Shown piece by piece: positions 12,832-25,895 of a stretch of DNA of 64,000 nucleotides. The stretch covers positions 124,001 to 188,000 of the forward strand of contig NW_019029015.1 in NCBI RefSeq assembly GCF_002105155.1, given 5' to 3'. The notes under the pieces are model-generated. The model ran no database searches, was not told where the DNA came from, and saw only the letters and a program-made list of their open reading frames with translations. A program made the position numbers and the translations under genes. Every line of letters starts with the position of its first letter. The first letter of the stretch is position 1. Source of the stretch: Lobosporangium transversale (lineage: Eukaryota).

Positions 12832-14682
12832 TTACAGCGGGCTATCACCATGTCCGCTATCTCGTCGGAATGAATTTTCAGGAGCAGTAGCGGCTGTGGC
12901 AACGGACGGCGACGAAGAAGAGGAAGAGGATGGATCAATGATCAGATAGGCTCGTTCATCCTTCAATGGCGGTGGCAACATGAATTCTGGAATTGATATC
13001 CGTCGCTCATGAAGACGACGTCGATGCTTTTGTTGTGATGATGATAACAATGGCTTGGTCAATTCTGTAATAGGATGGGTGTATCTACTACTAAAGTAGC
13101 TGTTGCTATCGCCACCGCCGTTGTAAATACCATGTCCACTGCCATTAAGTGGTGCAAGAGCTGGTGATGAAGGCGATACCACTGTCAAGCCTAAAGTCTT
13201 ATTCCGGGTTTCATTTTTCAGGGTTGTGGGTCGTACTGTATTCAACCTTCCTTCCTTGGGATACATTTTAAGCTCACTTAGATTCCGTGTCACATCATTG
13301 TCGTCTTCGTCTTCGTCTTCCTCAGCTCCTTCATCATCTTCAAGATAACCATCACTTCCTACATATTCCTCCTCTTTGTCTTCCTCATGATCATCGCCAT
13401 TATCATCGCTATCATCGAGTCTTCGACTTCTTTCATCGTCTGCAACGTGCCCATCTGATGATTTCAGAAGAAAATTATTACACTGAGCTGTCAATGATTC
13501 AACATGGAATGGGGATGCAATAGAAGTTTTCTCATCAGTTCCTATCAGTATCGTCGAGTCCATGGATTCCTTTTCATTTAATGACAGCCCTAGAATCATA
13601 GCATCCGTATTTGCAGCTGCTGCCGCGGTTTGGATATGACTGCTCTCTGCTGGTGTCGTAGAGGAGTTTAATGTCGTTCCCCATGTTGTCGATAAGGGCG
13701 TAATAGGAGAAATCGGTGAAAGACAGGAGGATGTTGGTGTTATTGATGATGATGAAGAAGAAGAGAGTGATGCCGCAGTCGTTGTGATCAGGGGCTTCAA
13801 AGCCGAAGTCGTCATCATGCCTGCTGCTCTCCAATAATCTTCGGTTACTGCCAACATCATCGGATCTTTATCGACCAACACCCGAACTCGAACTTGACCT
13901 TTCCATTCCATCGCCTTTAATATGTACAAGGTGCGTCCCTCAAGGCAACACCACCGACCCCCTTCCCAAACCATCGTCATTGTAGGGCATTCTTTGGTCA
14001 TTTCCCTTTGACCAGCCTTCAATTCTCGGATTGACTCTTGTACCTCGATATCATCATCAAACTTTTCAAGCGATCCATTGTAATGAATTTCTGAAATATC
14101 AAGTGAGATGTAGTTGGGTACTGGAAGTGCTTCGTTCATAAGACTAGTAACGCTACCACTACCACCATTATTAGCACTTGAGACTGCTCCAAGGATTTGA
14201 CTCCAGATATGACGCTCGCTCTCACGGGGCGAGAGAGGTGTTGTGGTAGCAGAATAGGAAGTTGTAGAATTCAGATGAAGCGGTGAAGACGCAGTGGTGG
14301 GATCCAACCTTGATAGCGCTCCCATAGAAAGTTCAGGGAGAGAGAGAGAACGGGTACTACCCAATTTCTTACTCAATAACACAAGCTCTTCTGAAGGATG
14401 ATGTAGGTTATCTAATGATTGATCACTTATGCTGGATGAATGTTGCTGCGATAGTAATGGTCTAGAGTTATTTACATCTTCGGTTTGAATTTGCTGTCGC
14501 TGTAGTTGTGGAGGATCATGCTTATCACATTGTTTGTGAAGGTGGTATTGTCGGTAGAGATGATATTCATGATATCGTCGGTCTTTATGTTCCTCAAGAA
14601 ATTCTGGTGGATTAATAAAAACGTATATCCTGGTCAATAGAACTAAGGCTAAAGACACATAGATGACTGTCTCTGTCGCCAT
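12832..14682 (-). CDS. Hypothetical 616-aa single-exon protein: N-terminal TM helix, low-complexity regions, central ~80-aa ParB/Srx-like globular segment
   Basis: Long uninterrupted ORF. Hydrophobic N-terminus VIYVSLALVLLTRIYVFI. Globular island IHYNG..KFDD..IRELKAG..PTMTMVWEGGRWCCLEGRTLYILK. Confidence 0.8.
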   Translation of the reverse strand: MATETVIYVSLALVLLTRIYVFINPPEFLEEHKDRRYHEYHLYRQYHLHKQCDKHDPPQLQRQQIQTEDVNNSRPLLSQQHSSSISDQSLDNLHHPSEELVLLSKKLGSTRSLSLPELSMGALSRLDPTTASSPLHLNSTTSYSATTTPLSPRESERHIWSQILGAVSSANNGGSGSVTSLMNEALPVPNYISLDISEIHYNGSLEKFDDDIEVQESIRELKAGQREMTKECPTMTMVWEGGRWCCLEGRTLYILKAMEWKGQVRVRVLVDKDPMMLAVTEDYWRAAGMMTTSALKPLITTTAASLSSSSSSSITPTSSCLSPISPITPLSTTWGTTLNSSTTPAESSHIQTAAAAANTDAMILGLSLNEKESMDSTILIGTDEKTSIASPFHVESLTAQCNNFLLKSSDGHVADDERSRRLDDSDDNGDDHEEDKEEEYVGSDGYLEDDEGAEEDEDEDDNDVTRNLSELKMYPKEGRLNTVRPTTLKNETRNKTLGLTVVSPSSPALAPLNGSGHGIYNGGGDSNSYFSSRYTHPITELTKPLLSSSQQKHRRRLHERRISIPEFMLPPPLKDERAYLIIDPSSSSSSSPSVATAATAPENSFRRDSGHGDSPL

Positions 14683-16637
14683 TTTGTGTATATGTGTGTC
14701 GAAGTGTTGAAGGATGAAGTAAAGGATACAGAATGGCTTTTTTGTTGTTGTTGATGTTATTGATAGAATCAGAAGAAAAAGAATGCGCTGCTGCGTAGCA
14801 ATGGAGTAAATTTGTTTATCGAAATCTCGGAAATGAATGCGGTGTTGGAAAAAAAAAAAAAAAAAAAATCTTTTTAACCCTACAATGAATGAAAATAGAA
14901 ACTATTAACGGCACATTCAATTATCCATTTGATCTTTATTATTGGCGTTCGCAAGGCATTGAGGCCCTTCTTGAGCATTTGAATGCTCAAGCATATCAAT
15001 GTGGTAGAGAGAGGGGAGGAGGGGTTGAAAAAAATAGGTTGGTTACAATTGTCAACATTCAAACACGTTCATGTCGAGCGATCTGGTAAAACCTTTACAA
15101 AAAAAAAAAAAAGCCTTGCGTCAGGAAGTCTGATAGGATAAGACAGCGCTTTGAGGAAACATAACAATGATTGGTGAGACGGAGTTGAAAGAAGTGAAGT
15201 CGAGGAGGTTCAATCTGTGGTTCTTAAAAGTGGTTATGTAGCAATTTATGGAGGAGGCTTCAAGGGGAGGAAAAGATTTTTTTTGTGTGCTGAAAGTAGG
15301 ATGGTGCGTTAAACACGTATAACAGAGTAAATATAAAAAAAGATGCTTTGAAGTGATCTCCAACGATCAGTATGAATTGAAGGTGCTAAGCCCATTGATG
15401 TTTAGTGAGCATTTCATATTATGGAGCATGTACATGTTTTGGAGTGTTGTAATTTCTGAGTGGGAACCTGTTGAGTGGAGTGGACATGTGGATCCATGGT
15501 GTCAATGCTTGCTAAGCTTGGAACGTGCAAATGACTGAAGGGCAAGACAACATTGAGTTTTATCTCGCTTTTCCAAGTGATAAGCACTGACCACTGATTG
15601 GAACAAAGCAATAGACAGTAAAGTTCAGTTGTCGCATATTTGATTCTTCTTTCGCTCTCACACAACAGTTGTTGGTGTTTAAAAAAGAGAAGGAAGGCAA
15701 CACCATGTTGTGAAACCAAATGGACAAATAAAGAAAAAAAACGCGGCGTGTAGGAAACAAGAAAATGATGGGAAAGAAGGGGCTATCAAGGGGAAATGGT
15801 TTGGGTTTGCATGAGTAGTGCGGCCAAGAAAGGGAATCGAGCGAAGCATTTTGCATAGTCTTTAGCAAACCAAAACAACAGCATTAACAAAAAAAAAAGG
15901 GTGTTGATGAGAATGGAAACAAGTTTTTTTTTTTTTTTTCTGCTCCAAGACTTACTTCGCCCGAGATTTTTTTTTTTTTTTTTGTTTTTCGTGTGATTGG
16001 TAAAATGAAGATCAATCGAGTGTGGATACAAAGGAAGAGCAAAGAAAAAAAGAAAAGGCAAAAAAGCTACGATACTACAAAGCTACAATACTATGATGCT
16101 ATGATGCCATGATGCTACGATTTGTGATTGTACAAGAATCGATGTGGCAACCAATAAAGGGGATCGACCACATCTATTACTAATCCATGCACGGATTGCT
16201 TTTTTAAGTACAGCATAGCATTAAAAGTACAACACGCTGCAAGACTGTACCTTTTTTATTGTATATGTGGGGTATAAAAAAAAAAAAAAAGGAGGAAGAA
16301 AGAGAATGTTATTTGATGTGAAGTTACTTGAGCACAATGAGCTCTGTAACAAACGAATGGAGGAATGAAGGAATGAATAACTGAATCAAAGAATGAACAA
16401 TGGAAGGAGAAGAAGAAGAAAAGAATGCTCTTCATACAACTGCGGTCAAGAAGTTCCACGACAAATTGCCATTCATGCAAGATGGACCTGGGAAACGGAC
16501 CTGAATCTTTTTTTTTTATTTTTACGTGATCTTCAATATCAAACAGCTCAGAAACTCATTAATCAACGACCTTGTCTTTTCAAGTAAAGCACATGCTAGT
16601 GCAATGTAAACATATTGATTATATTACATATTATGGC

Positions 16638-16668
<31 letters not shown>

Positions 16669-16669
16669 G
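16638..16669. repeat. (GTT)n microsatellite, ~10 units
   Basis: Directly visible. Confidence 0.95.
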
Positions 16670-19128
16670 CTGTTTCCTTTCGCAACACATAAACATGTCT
16701 TGTTCTCATTGGTAAAAGAAGTGTTATCAAGCCGCACGCGCTGAATGGGTGGAGGGACAATGTGCTCATTTTTTTCCTCTTTTGCCCATACAACCATCTA
16801 GTGACAAATAAATGATGACACTACACAAGAAAAAAAAATAATGACAAGCGGATGATGCTTATACAAGAATGATTGCTATAAAATGTCTAAAATGAAAAGG
16901 GAAAGGAAGGCGTTACTGAGAAGAATGAGTTACAAGACACAGTAGAGTCCTCGCTAGAAAGTCGTTGACAAAATATATTTTAAATGCTTTTTTCAATCAA
17001 CGAAAATCTCTAGTCAAAAACGATGGTTGAATTGATTTAGTGGCTGTTTATCAGAAATGGAGGTTCATGAATCTTTGGTTGTTGACGACTTTCTAGCAAG
17101 GATTCTACCATGGCCTTCGTATCTAACCAAGGAAGGACTGTAATGATAATAGCGTCACTTCCAACTCGGCCTTCAAAAAACGAACATTTAAAAGTGCTCC
17201 ATCTTCTTTTCTCTTTTTCTTTTTTACCCCTCGTTCCTTAACAAAAAGAATGAAAGATAAGGTAAATTGGCACTTTTCAAAAATCATTAGGCTTTCTACG
17301 CTTCTTATCAATTATTAGTTGTCTTTCTTTGTTAGCTATCACAGCGATCATAGCAAAAGTTATTTCGCCCATTGACAGGATTAGGGCCCCTGGCCCCCTT
17401 CTGTTCAAGCCTAGGGTCAGCTTTCTTAAACCTAATGAATCTCGATGACCGGCACCGAAACCATAAAGAGAGAAAACCTCCAAAAAACCCCAGAATCCCG
17501 ATAAAAACACCAATAAATGCCCCATGGATGTGGTGCGTAAGTCTGTATCTTATTCTCACTTACTTTTATACCCGCCTACTTGTCTACTTGTCTGTCCAAA
17601 GCTTTTCACTTGTGCCTATATCTGTTGCTGGTAGCACTCTTTGTCGCATCCAGGGAGACTGTTCCTTCGCACCCACAGGCTGAGGATAGGGCGGTCGCTG
17701 TTGGCCTTCAGATGGCCACGGGTAATATTGCATATGCTGTGCGCCGCCGTTATATCGCAATGAAAATACTTTTGGCGATTGTTACAGTATAAGCGACGAA
17801 TCCTCACTTGCCCAAAAAAGTTCTCACAGGATGGACGCCTCTTGAGCCTTTGGTTTTCATTGACTTTAACACCCACATAGCCAAAGGAGTGCTTCTATAA
17901 AGAAAAAAATTGAGGCAGAGAAAGAATAGCTTCCATTTACCATTTGCACAAACTAGGGTTGGGACGGTCCATTATAATGAAGAAGGCTTTGCGCTTGACG
18001 CGAACTGTTAAAACATTCACCGACTTTTATTATTATTTTATTTTATTTTTTTTACGGATTAGCAGATTTCCTTTGCCGGTCAATGCTTCTTTATTCCCTT
18101 CTAAAACACATGCTTCTGCGGTTGTAAAACTTGCCCAGGTAGCCTTAAGTTGTTGAACATACTCTCTGAAAGACGCATCCTCCCCATGTCAAGTTGGTAA
18201 ATTGCTTTCGATCCCACTGCTGGCTGTGTGTCGTCGCCTGGATCGCCCATAGGCATTTTTATTTTTTATTTCCGGGTTTATTAAGAGGGAAAAGAATACT
18301 CTTCCACCTTTCATTATTCTTTTCATTTCATTGCTTGGAAAGAAGTAATAGGTTATTGAAATGTTGTATTGCAGATAAAGGGTCGGTTTATTGACTGGTG
18401 GTATTTAGTATCTTTGTTACATCTTTGCCATCATTGTAATTTTTTTTCTTTCCTTATTTCTTTTTTCTAAAACGCGTCTATCGGTTATCTAGAAGAGGAG
18501 CTACACGCAAATAGGTTCAATCTTCTAACTTTCAAAGTGCTGTTCGATTAGTCCTTCTGAAGGTGAAAAAGTGATGCTTGAGCGACAATGCGCCACGATT
18601 TGATGTAGTTTGTCGCATCGATCATGAGAAATCCTACATTTACATGGCATTGCCACATTTAAAAGAACTGTTGGATTTTGTTATCGTCACGTGTATGCCT
18701 TGCCACTGACAGTTGGTCCACAGAACTAACTGGCAGTTCTTGTTTATGTTTGTTTATTCTGTTACTGAAGGACCTCTATCATCGTAGCAGCCCGAAGTGC
18801 CTGGATTCGGCTGACCAACAATGAGGAAGGCGCCTTTCGCGTCTATTAAGGGGGTGGAGGCGAAAAGTTGTGGGCTGGGGCTATGAGATTTACTTGTACG
18901 AGGATGAATGCTCTCTTTCTTCCTTTCTTTTTCTTTCCTCTTCTTTTGCCACACCAATAGCTTCCTCAGCCCTCAATTTGATTTCCCATTAAAAAATGTA
19001 AGTGCAGGACTAATAAATTCAATTATCTACACCATAATATCACTGCTTACAAATGCTGTCATCCACAAAACGATTTTTCTTTCTTGGAAATATATAGACT
19101 ACAAGTGAAGGAAGGAAAACAATAACCA

Positions 19129-22100
19129 ATGTTTGGCTCTTCATCACGGACCGTACTCACGCCTTCAAAGGCCCTACAACTTTTTGATGTGTACATGGAG
19201 TACGCTCGCAGAACAGGAGGCAGCCGTGACGATGACATTGTCATGGAGTTATGTCTCGATGCGGACTCCGCTCTCTCTCGGATTCAGAAGTCAGTGAAAA
19301 AGGCCCTTGCCTCGCCAACCTCAAAAGAGGAGGCGGTGTTGCGTCAAGACATCGGCTCAGCCTACTATGAGCTTGCCCGCATCTTTGAACGGCTAGGTCG
19401 CGCAGAAGATGCTCAAAGACACGACAAGAAAGCAGAAAAATGGGGATATGTCCATGGCAGCGTTGTCATTCGTCAAGCGCCATCTATCAACAACACCAGC
19501 AACACTAACACTAATGTCAACAAAAAAGAAAGCAATGATACCAATGCTAAGACTGAAAAAGCACCTAAACCTATGGGTGTGAGAGCCACGACAATACATA
19601 CCTCCGCAACTATCCCTAAAGAGATATTCGATTGCGATGTGCCTCCAACAGCCGTCAGATACAGCTTACCAGGCGCTGACGATCAATTGAATGACACCCA
19701 TCAGCTCGTATACTGTCTGAGCTTGCTCCCTAATGCTCCTTTCCGTTCGACAGACCTCACTGATAACGAGCAACAATGGGTTCAAGAGATGTCAAATGAC
19801 CGTGAAGAGCAAGAGCGATTGCGTAATTTGATCTCGGATGTAATTTCACAGTTCGCCAGCGATGAGATCAAAGCGGAGGCCACTGTCGCTGAGGTTGTGT
19901 CTCTGGCTCCAATCCTCAGCCTAGACCAATTCCGGTCTCTACTCATGGCGTTGGTCAATGGAATCAGCCAGAACATCATGCTGGAAACTCACTTATTGGA
20001 AGGATTGGCTGAGTTGATGCAGCGCGCTCCCCCTGGGTACCTTGACCCGGACGACCTTGTCACTACCCTCACTACTCTCAGTTCTCGCTTACAAAGCACG
20101 CATGACCAATCTGGTAGCCATCTCTATCATTTGTCTGTCACAGTCTCGCATGTCCTTGATGCTATGGTCAACAACCAAGTCAAGGGTCTGAAGCGAGAGC
20201 AGCTCTATGAGCCACTGGCTGCATACTTGAAGGGACTAAAAGGTAGCTCAGATCCCCATCTGGTGTATCAAGCAGCTTATGCCTCCCAAGCTCTACTCTA
20301 TATTCCAGACGATGAAACTACAATGCAAGCCATGCTTCGTCGGACATCAGCAGTGCTCCGAGGAGTGTTTGGAGTAGTGAGTGCAGTCAAAGGCTTGGAT
20401 CTGAATGGCTTCATGGATGAGATAAGTAATATCCAGGAAGAACTCCCTTCTATAACAGACATCATTGACATGAGTTTAGGAGTGTACGAGGGTGCGACCT
20501 CACTATATGAGAGTGGAGCAGCGTTCAGGCAGAGTATGGAAGAAGGCCTCAGCTTTAGCCGCAAGACAGCATGGTATCCAGCGCTGCGCACAGCTGATGC
20601 ACTACTCCAGACAGGAGAATTGACCAGGTTCAAAGTTCTTGTATGCGAAGCGTCCTGCCGACGAGATCCAGCATTCCAATGGGGACTATGTGAGCGGTTG
20701 GGGCAGATTGCTGCTGGTAAACAGTGGACAGTGGATACTCGAAAAGACGCGATTGAATTCCTAGGGGAGATCTACATGAACGATCAGGACTGGGGCTGCC
20801 ATGTACATATCAAACAATGGATCATAAATATCCTTCGTAAACTAACTTTACTGCCAATGGACGGCCTGCAAGGTGTGTATTTTTTATTCGTTCATTTATT
20901 AGTTATTTGGAAACGTGCAGCGTATGACGATTGACCGAATAGGTATATATATCTCTTCTTGCTATTCTCTTCAGCCGCGAGTATCGTCTTGAACCGTCTA
21001 GAAAAGGATGGGGACATTAAGAAACAAGAGCTATTCAGAAATTGTGTCCAGGAGCCTGCGACCCAGTTTTCGTATGCCAAAACACTCCCCCCTTCTACAT
21101 CCACATTGCTTCTGGATCGTGCACAAAATAGACCTGATATTGAGAAAAGCCTGCGACAACTCAAGCGCAATCGGATGAAGGACAGAGATTTCCAAAGCTT
21201 TTACATCCAGCAATATGCCAAGCCAAGTCCTCAAGCGCGTGATGACAAGCTGTTCTTGCTAATGGACAAGGCAAAAGAGTTCCTAGAGGGCGATCAGAAA
21301 GTGTTACTTGTTCAAGGAGGCTCAGGAGCAGGCAAGTCGACATTCAATCGCACGTTAGAGTCCATTCTATGGAAAGCATATAAAAGGAGGCATGGCCGTA
21401 TTCCATTGTTCATCAATCTTCCAGCTATCGACAACCCAGAGAAAGATCTGGTCACAAAGCAGCTGCGAGATTATGGCTTTACTGACCCAGAGATTAAGGA
21501 TATGAAGAAGTCACGATCATTTGTTTTGATCTGTGATGGATACGATGAAAGCTTGCAGACCCGCAACTTGTATGTTACCAACCGACTGAACCAGCCTGGG
21601 GAGTGGATAGCCCAAATGGTGATCAGCTGTCGCAGTGAATATCTTGGATTGGACTACCGTGATCGTTTTCAACCTTTGGACCGAAATCAACAAGCAGAGG
21701 CGGGACTATTTCAGGAAGCTGTGATTGTACCCTTTTCTGAGGCTCAGATTGACGACTACATCGAGCAATATGTCGCTGCCATGGATCCAATGTGGGCTGC
21801 TGAGGATTATCGACGTGCACTCAAAATGGTCCCCAGTCTACATGAGCTTGTGAAAAATCCTTTTTTACTATCGCTGTCGCTGGAAGTACTGCCGCGAATG
21901 GTGGATCCAAGTCAAGATATTATCAATTCCGAGATCAGACGCGTCTCGCTGTATGACCAGTTCGTGGAGTTGTGGCTCGAACGGGGCAAGAAGCGATTGG
22001 GAGAGACATTAGCGCCAGAAGACAGAAGGATGTTCCGGATATTGACAGATGAAGGATTTGCGCAGAATGGGATCAGATACTTGACAGATCTGGCTATAGC

Positions 22101-25100
22101 GTTATACAAGTATCAAAATGGCAATCCAGTGGTGGACTACTCTGCGTTCAAGGACAGAGGCACATGGAAAGAGGAGTTCTTTAGCAGAGAAGATTCAAGA
22201 TACCTTCTACGCGAAGCTTCCCCACTAAGCCGCACAGGTAACCAACATCGATTTATTCACCGATCTATCCTGGAATATAGTTTGGCACGAGCAGTTTATG
22301 AGCCACAGCAAACGAAGAATGTTTTTATATACGCTGAGGAGGCACCCAGGCCTCGCCGACGGAGCATTAGCTCAGTGTTTAGCTTTGAAGTCATGGAGAT
22401 AAATACGGAAGAGCAAGAAGTTGACTCAGCTCAGGCAGATGAAACTTCCCCTTTGGTATGGAGAAGCTTTGTGGACGAGCCATCTATCCTACAGTTTCTG
22501 GAGGATCGTGCCCGTCTTGAGCCAGTTTTTAAACAGCAGCTATACAATTATGTGGAGCTCTCGAAAAGTGACGCCAAGTGGCGGATTGCTGCGGCAAATG
22601 CAATGACAATTTTGGTCCGAGCAGGGGAGTCGTTCATCGAAGCAGACTTGCGAGGTATTCAGATCGGAGGCGCTGATATCAGTCAAGGTATATTCGAATT
22701 TGCTCAGCTTCAACGAGCAGACCTGAGGAAGGCCACTCTCCGTAACTGTTGGCTTCGTAAGGCAGACTTGACTGGAGCAAAGATGGATGCTGCGCAACTT
22801 GGTGAATGGCCAGTACTTCGTGAAAAAGGTTGGGCAAAGCAAGGAGCATATTCATTCGATGGGAGCTTATTTACTGCACTAATTGGTGACGGGTCAATCG
22901 TCATTTATGACACCTCAACATGGGAGAAGCATCTGACTTTGAATGATATTTATTATGCCTGCGAGTCGAAATTCTCGCCAGACTGTCGACAGATCGCATC
23001 CTGGGATGAGCAGGACACGGTTTTAATTTGGGATACAACATCTGGCGAATTAATCCACAGTTTCGCGGGCCATACAGAATACATTAATTGTACCGTGTAT
23101 TCACCTAGCGGGAGCCACCTCGTCTCGGCCTGTTTTGACGGTTCAGTACGTGTATGGGATACACAAAGTGGCGTGCTTCAACACACATTGGAAGGTCACA
23201 CTGAGAGTGTGGGGAGCGTGGCGTATTCTCCAGATGGGCTCCAAATTACAACTGGAGACGATGATGGGATGATAGGGCTGTGGGATGCGGCCTCAGGACA
23301 TCAGATAATGATGCTGAAGAGCCCTGAGACTCAAATTATGCAAATTGTGTATTCACCCGATGGCCAGGAAATAGTCACTCGAACTTACTATACTAAACTC
23401 TTGCATGTGTGGGATGTCACATCTGGCCAACAAAAAAGGGAATGGAAGCATGGTGAAACTGTTAGAGGCGTTCAGTATTCACCTAACGGAAGATTTGTCG
23501 CCTCGTTTAGTAGCAAGATATATCAATGGAATGCAAAAACAGGGAAGCTTATCCACTGCCTTGAAGGTCACTCCCATTACATTGAGGACCTAAAGTACTC
23601 ACCAAATGGACAGCAGATAGCCACTTGTAGCCAAGACTGTACTGTGATGCTTTGGGACGCACGTTCAGGACAGCTCATCCATTCCTTTTATGGCCACTCT
23701 GATGTCGTAAACTGTGTGGCATATTCACCAAACAACCTCCAACTTGCATCGCTCGGTGCAGATGGAGCAATTCGTCTGTGGGACGCCGAATCGCAGCAAT
23801 TTAGTCAAGGCCCACATGGCTACGCAAAGCCACTCTTACGCCTTCGGAGTTCACCAAACGGACAACATGTAGCTTCATGCAGTAACGATGGTACAATATG
23901 TGTATGGAACATCCAGGATGGACAGTCGGTTCATGTATTACAGAGCCACCAGGGAGATGCAGACGACATCAAATATTCGCCTGATGGCCTGCTACTTGCT
24001 TCTTGCCATGGTACTCCGCGCGCCTACATCTGGAATACTCGGACAGGCCAAATTGTCCACGCCTTGGAGTCACAAGTAAGAGAGGGCGATAATATCAGGT
24101 CCCTTGATTTCTCGCCTACTGGTCACCAGATTGCCTGTGGCCATGCAAGTGGGAGCGTAACAGTGTGGGATACGCAAACAGGGCAGCTCGTTCATACTAT
24201 ACAAGCCCACGAAGCGACGGTACGGTGTGTGGTATTTTCGCCCAGTGGCCATCAGATTTCTACATGTGATGAGAATGGCATTATTAGGGTATGGACAGCC
24301 CAATCAGCAAGTCAGTATGAGTTAGATGATACAGCACCACATAACCCTTATATTATATACACGCCTGACGGTCGCAACATAGCATTTATTCGTAATCTCT
24401 TTGAGGTGCAAGTATGCAACACAGAAACAGGTGCGCTTTGTTTCAGAACCCGGCTTGAGGGGACTCCAAGATGGATGGTACTTTCACCATGTGGTCAGCA
24501 GATGGCTGCTGGAGGCCATGACGGGCTAGTTAATGTGGTGGATATGGAGTCGGGAGCAATACTGCATGAATTTGAAGGGCACACTGGGAATGTTACTTGC
24601 ATAGCTTTCTCACCTGACAGTAAATACGTTGCTACAGGCAGCAAAGACATGACAGTGCGAGTGTGGGATCTAGAGTCAGGCCAGTGTTTGATTACTATTC
24701 CATCTGTAGGTGGAGAAGCCAGAGTTCTTATGTGGAATGTTTCTGAAGAAGGCTACTCTCTGGTGGTCGGGTCCCAAGATGCTTCTGTTCGGATGACTCG
24801 AATCGTTCAAGAGGATGGCCAATATCAATATCGTTTGACGTGGAGCACGAGGCAAACGGCCTTGTATGCGGACAACACATGTATCCAAGGTGTAGTTGGA
24901 CTGAGTAAGATCAACAGAAAACTCCTGGTGGAGCGCGGGGCTATTGGTGATCAAGCACCTCTTCCGGACATACAAAAGGAGTCAAAGCAGACTGTAGCGA
25001 CACCATCAATGACTCCCGAGCTTAAAGCGGCCATCAGTCGAATGAAACATCATCAAGGGACATCGGCAGTAACAGAGACTCTGAATGAAGCATCATCGGC

Positions 25101-25266
25101 AACGTCCTCAGCACCGAATAGGTCGATCAAAGACTACAAATTCGATTATGGGGTCTGTAAGGAATGTAGATATGCACATGTCATTTCATGCAGGCCCCGT
25201 GAGCAAGGAGTTCCAGTTGAGGACTTACAGGGGACATACCATCGAACTATTGAAAATGAAAAATAA
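19129..25266 (+). CDS. NLR-like STAND protein: helical/ARM-like N-terminus, NACHT, pentapeptide repeats, WD40 repeats; 2 exons (19129-20872, 20975-25266), ~2011 aa
   Basis: Intron 20873-20974 (GT-AG) joins the 601-aa and 1435-aa ORFs in frame. Walker A GGSGAGKST, Walker B FVLICDGYDE, NPFLL, FIHRSILEY, pentapeptides ADLRG/ADISQ/ADLRK/ADLTG, and about 14 GH..YSPxG..WD repeats. Confidence 0.93.
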
Positions 25267-25895
25267 AGCTAATAATTAGTTTTTGTAGCAGGTACTTCTC
25301 AATATTTCTCAATATATTTTTTTTGCAAAACTCAACTCCAGTGCCAGCACAAGTATTTTATACCAGTCCTGAAACACTAAAATATGTATATTCCAACTGA
25401 AGGAGCGAAAAATGGTAGATGCGCAGAGTGGAAGCAATTGAAAGATGAACGTCATATTGTGATGATATAGCTCGGTACATGGTTTTTGCTGATTGTTACT
25501 GAGTTTTTTTATTTGCTTCCTTGGTACACAGCAGAGCAGCAGCCGCCACTGCTTGCACGGCCCAAATTTCGTTTGCGACTGAACGGATGAGCAGTGCCAG
25601 TATGTTTCTGTAATATGTTTCGTCATCAACAGGAATAGAGGCAGCGTTTTCCTTCACGTTATTGGTGGCAACGTTTCTGCTTATTCCTCGAATCAAAAAT
25701 GTGGAAGTATGCGAGCAAAAAGGAGTGAGTGATGTTGCAAAGCATGAGAGCCAAGCACTCTTTTCCTTGTTAAGAATCTGTACTTGATTTATTTGGCAAT
25801 GCTATGAACAAAACGCTTTTTTTTACAAAAAAAAAAAATCGTGCTAGACTAAAATCAACAGTCTGAACCTGCTGATTCGGGCCAGGACGCGAGTT

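Noticed and set aside
17580..17792. Short ORF faintly resembling an MFS transporter C-terminus (RAVAVGLQMATGNI)
   Set aside because: Too short and isolated; at most an unverifiable pseudogene fragment.
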